DNA of 57,592 bases, counting the filler, from Basidioascus undulatus (lineage: Eukaryota): NCBI GenBank assembly GCA_000826855.1. It is 4 parts of 4 records of this genome, joined end to end, with 100 filler letters (N's around TTAATTAATTAA, not from the genome) between each part and the next. Parts side by side here need not be neighbours in the genome. Positions count along the whole stretch, not along the records: positions 38,539 to 57,592 come from JTLS01000882.1; 3 more parts are not named here. One strand, given 5' to 3'. This document shows, in pieces, positions 53,690-57,592 of the stretch. Each line of letters begins with the position of its first letter. Positions within the stretch are counted from its first letter, which is position 1. Position numbers and translations under genes: made by a program. The notes beneath the pieces were generated by a model. The model saw only the letters and a list, made by a program, of their open reading frames with translations. It was not told the origin of the DNA and made no database searches.

Positions 53690-54268
53690 ATGCTCCTCAT
53701 CATTCTCTCAATCGTCCCCTCCTTCTCGGTCCTCGTCTCCGCCACTGCGCTTGCTCCTGGGCGTCGCCGGGCGCGGTGTGCTACGTCTGCCCTGCACAGA
53801 ACAAGGTCGGAGTTCCGTTGGGCCCCGTCCACTGTGCGTGTTTCGTTCCGTGGGTCCGTCTATGTCTGGAATGCAAGGTTGACTAGTGGGGTGTTGTCCC
53901 CTTCGATCCTACCAGACAACTACGGGTCGCTCGGCGGATCCCCAGCATTCCAATGCGGCTACCAGGACGCATCCGGGACTTCTATCTGCTACTACCGACC
54001 GTAAGCCCACCTTGAACTTCTCTACTTCGTCCCCTCTGCCTTGGTTCGTCCCATCTGGCGCATAATGTACGTGTACAGGATACCGGTGCGCAAGCGTCTT
54101 TCCCAGGAACTGTCCGGACGTGGCGGCGGCGGGGACGTGCAGCGCGCGCCGGCGCTCGGTGGCGGAGCAGGCTCTCGCGAAACGCAGGCCGAAGATGCAG
54201 GGGGAGGCGCGGAGGAGCTGCGGACGATGCGGGAGGTCAGGAAGGCGAAGCGACGCGTTCACGGTTGA
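53690..54268 (+). pseudogene. Small secreted cysteine-rich protein, frameshifted
   Basis: Signal peptide MLLIILSIVPSFSVLVSA and an RR site / shift / VCYVCPAQNKVGVPLG; FQCGYQDASGTSICYY; DTGAQ / shift / NCPDVAAAGTCSARRR. Confidence 0.55.
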
Positions 54269-55225
54269 GCGACGGCCTCTCCATCGACTGAATTGGTGAT
54301 TGTGGCGGGTGTTGGACTCGCGCTGTAGCCCTTGTCACGATTTGGTCTGTATAGTCTGTTCATATAAAAGTGTCGAGAATTTGGGCATTTTTCGTCTGAT
54401 CTGGACCGCGTGGGTATGAGGCAGTCGATGACAATGAAATGAAAGGGACAAGCTTTCTTTTGCGTCTTGATCTTCGACCTATTCCGCGTACCTTCCCTTT
54501 ATTGAGAAAGTCCATATCTAATTGACGTTATGCCTTTCCAATCAAGGCGATAGCAGGGCAGTGTTTGAAATTGGGATAGCGCAATGGATCTGCTGGATGT
54601 GCTGCAGCGGCTCCCGGTGAATCGGACTCGAAAGGGCAGCGAGGTGCTCTCAGTCTCAACAACCTCTTTCCTTCCGTACACACGTTCAATTCGACGTAAA
54701 TTTGGGGATGCTCTTTTATGCAGGGATGTCTCTGGCTCTAGATCTTTCGGATGGAGGACAAGAAGGTGTACAACTGCCAGTGATCACTGAGCGCTGAGTG
54801 GTTACACACGGCCGCAGGCCTTACTGGGCGATTGTATTCTCTCTTTATAACTTTGACCCAAGTAGATGGGAATTGATATACTGATTTGGGTTAAGTAAAA
54901 ATCCTTTACAGCCGATCTTGGGCACCGGCCAAGAATTACTCGCACTGCGTGGGTGCAAGCTTCAACGTGCAAGACGACAGTCACTGCCTCCTGGGCTCGG
55001 ACTGCTGGGTCCAATAAACTATCGAAAGAGGCCGTGAGAAAGACAAGACCGGATTCTTACTCTTTTTGTACCGGCTCCCCCTCCCTCTCTCAGTACCACT
55101 TTTTGGCAATACAAGCATGCCATGCAAGCCGGCCACTTCCAGTCAGAGGCTCTCGGAAGATCGCGTGCACGCCGAGCGCTCTTGCTTTCTTCTCCCATCA
55201 ACCCCTGGAGCCCCTTCTGACGCTC

Positions 55226-57592
55226 ATGTCTCTACCTTCAGCATGGGCGGCGCGCCTGGACGACCTCGACAATCTCCTCGACACCTTCGCGGAGCCAGGC
55301 CGCGCGCGGTTCGAGCCGAGCTCCGCAAACCTCCCGCCACAACCTCATAGCGGGTTGGCGCCAGCTCGCGACTCGAGGCTCGATGAGCTCCTCGTCGGCG
55401 CTTTCTCTCAGGCTCGCCAGAAGGAGCGATTACGCCGGGACAGTACTCGGTCGAGCTCCGCTGATGAAGGTGAGTAGAGTCGATATTCGCAGGTCGTATG
55501 GTTGGCTCAACTTCTACGATGAGGGACCGTAGACCTGTTGGAGAAGCTGGACGGCGTGCGGGTCACGGAGAAGGATTTTGTTAGCCTTGGGCGCATCGCG
55601 AAGGGCCAGTTTGGTGCTGTAAGTTGTCCTTTCCAGTCTTTCTCTAACGCTGATTGCTGAGCGAGATGCACAGGTCGAAGCGGTGCGGTGCAAGCTCGAC
55701 GGCGAGGTGTACGCCATGAAGACGATCGACAAGCGTGCTTCAGCGCGCTCATTAGCTGTACGATAGTCCTTGTTATTGTGAAGGTTCTGGAATTGACTTG
55801 AGCGACATTTTCCAGCACTCGAACCCTCACCACGACCGGCATCTCCACCTCATATCGCACCTCCTCGACTCGCGGCACACTCCGCGGCTAGTCGCCGCCT
55901 TCCAATCGGCACCCTCGCTCCACATCGTCATGCCGTACGCTCTAGGAGGGACACTGTGGGATCTGCAGGGTGCGCGGGAAGGCGGGCGCATGGGCGAGGA
56001 CGAGGTGAAGAGGTGGGGCGCGGAGATCGTCGCCGCGCTGGGATGGATGGCCGAAGAAGCGGGATGGGTTCATCGGTGCGTTCAGGCGGTTTCTGATTAT
56101 GACACTGTCTCCATTTCCTCTAGCCCTGTGAGCTATAGGGATATCAAGCCCCAAAACCTCCTCATCACTGCCGACGCGCACCTTCTCCTGACCGACTTCG
56201 GATGCTCCGCCCCTCTGCTTCCCTCCTCATCCCCCTCTTCGCCGCGCCGCCTCCGCTACTCCGATACCCTCGTCCTAGTCGGGACGACCGACTACGTTGC
56301 GCCGGAAGTCCTGTGTGCCGCAGAAGACGCGATCGTCGCGGCGTCTGCGTCGGACGACTCGCTCGGGGGCGAGCAGCGTGACCCGGATGCCGAGGGCCCG
56401 TACGGCGCCGAGGTGGACTGGTGGAGCTTGGGCGTCGTCCTCTTCGAGCTCCTATATGGGAGGGCGCCATTCTTTGCGGAGACAGTGGGGGAGACGTACG
56501 AGTTGATACAGAAGGTGCGAATGTCGAACGCGACGCTGAGGGGAGGCCGCTCAGGATGTTTCTGGCGCAGGGCGACTTCGACTTTGACGATAGAGAGGTT
56601 GTCCTCTCGGTTCATGCGAAGGACCTCATTGGGCGGTACGTGATATCCCAATCCAGGCGCTGTCACCCGATGCTCACTTCCGATGACAGGCTGCTATCGC
56701 CGCCGCATGTGAGGCTGGGTGCATCCGGCAGCTCGGAGGTCAAAGCCCATCCGTTCTTCGCCGCGACTCCATGGGAGCACTTGTTGGACGGTAAGCCCCA
56801 CGCACTCCTCACTGCTCGTAATGCCACATGCTGATATTCTCCGTAGTCCCTCCGCCCGTGCCCATCGCCTCGCCCATTTTCCGGGTGCCGACCTCCGGCG
56901 TTCCCGAGCTCTCCCTGGTCGAAGAGGAAGAATCCGAAGATCTGGGAGACGATGGAACACAAGCCGGTGTCCCATCGGAGCTCTTCCGCTTCTCCGCGCT
57001 CTTCGCGTCCTCCAACGGTCTCTCAACGATGCAGTCGACGCCCCGTCTTCCCATCGCGCCCAAACAGACCGACGATGACGCCCTATGGGTCGGGTTCACC
57101 TACACCCCCTCCGCCGACGCCTTTACCCCCTCCTCCTCCTCTCCTTGCCCCCCGCTCGCCGAGATCCCCACGCCCGGCAACCACCTCCCCGCGTCCCGCC
57201 TTGCCTCCGCGCCCATCACGACGCCGCGCCAGCCGTTCCTCACGCCACTCCGGCCCGCGCCGAGCAAGCTCCTCGCCTTCACGTTCCCCGGCACGCCCGC
57301 GACGGCCGCGCGCCGGACGCGGCCGCTGACGGACCGCCAGGCGTGGCGCGAGATGGTCAACTGCGTGAGCATGAGTGCGAAGAAGCGCGTCGAGATCGCC
57401 AAGAGCACTGGGCCGAAGGCGCGCCTGGCAGCTTCGGCAATGCTGTCGGCGAGGCTCAAGGCTTCCGCACAGCAGCCGCCTCCCCAGCCGCAGTTCCCCA
57501 GATCGCGCCGGCCTTCGCTCAGCGACGCTGCGCAGCCTCGGTCGCGCTCCCAGACCCCCGTGGTGGACTTCGCCTCACCACCGCGCCCGCCA
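55226..57592 (+). CDS. AGC-group Ser/Thr protein kinase (DMPK/ROCK/NDR-like), runs off window end
   Basis: [84 protein letters not shown]; hydrophobic-motif-like WVGFTY. Confidence 0.93.

Overview
Eukaryotic, GC-rich, intron-dense fungal DNA, most consistent with a basidiomycete. It is not one locus. At least four contigs are joined by an artificial 100-bp spacer (N44-TTAATTAATTAA-N44) at 12755, 25603 and 38439, and the lone N at 51268 is a probable fifth join. Apparently intact conserved genes: a WD40-cyclophilin (PPWD1/Cyp15-like), Cox18/Oxa1 insertase, GPI-type PEBP, the 3' end of UTP15, an F-box/LRR protein, SEC18/NSF, a SET-domain protein fused in frame to a Tad3/ADAT3-like region (cut by a contig end), a Zn2Cys6 transcription factor, ATG22, a DAO-type FAD oxidoreductase, an ADP1-like ABCG half-transporter, TMA46 and an AGC kinase. 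Between them lie many decayed accessory genes: an enoyl-reductase, two atypical Rho paralogs, an F-box/LRR gene, a stilbene/carotenoid oxygenase, an HSP20, a methyltransferase tail and a small secreted Cys-rich protein. Most notable: the SET-Tad3 fusion; the Rho/F-box/Rho/F-box block with Rnd-like substitutions; a base-resolved deletion joint fusing oxygenase and HSP20 remnants; a phased E-box array before ATG22; and three obligatory GC-AG introns. All gene models and family calls come from manual splicing and motif recognition, with no database searches.
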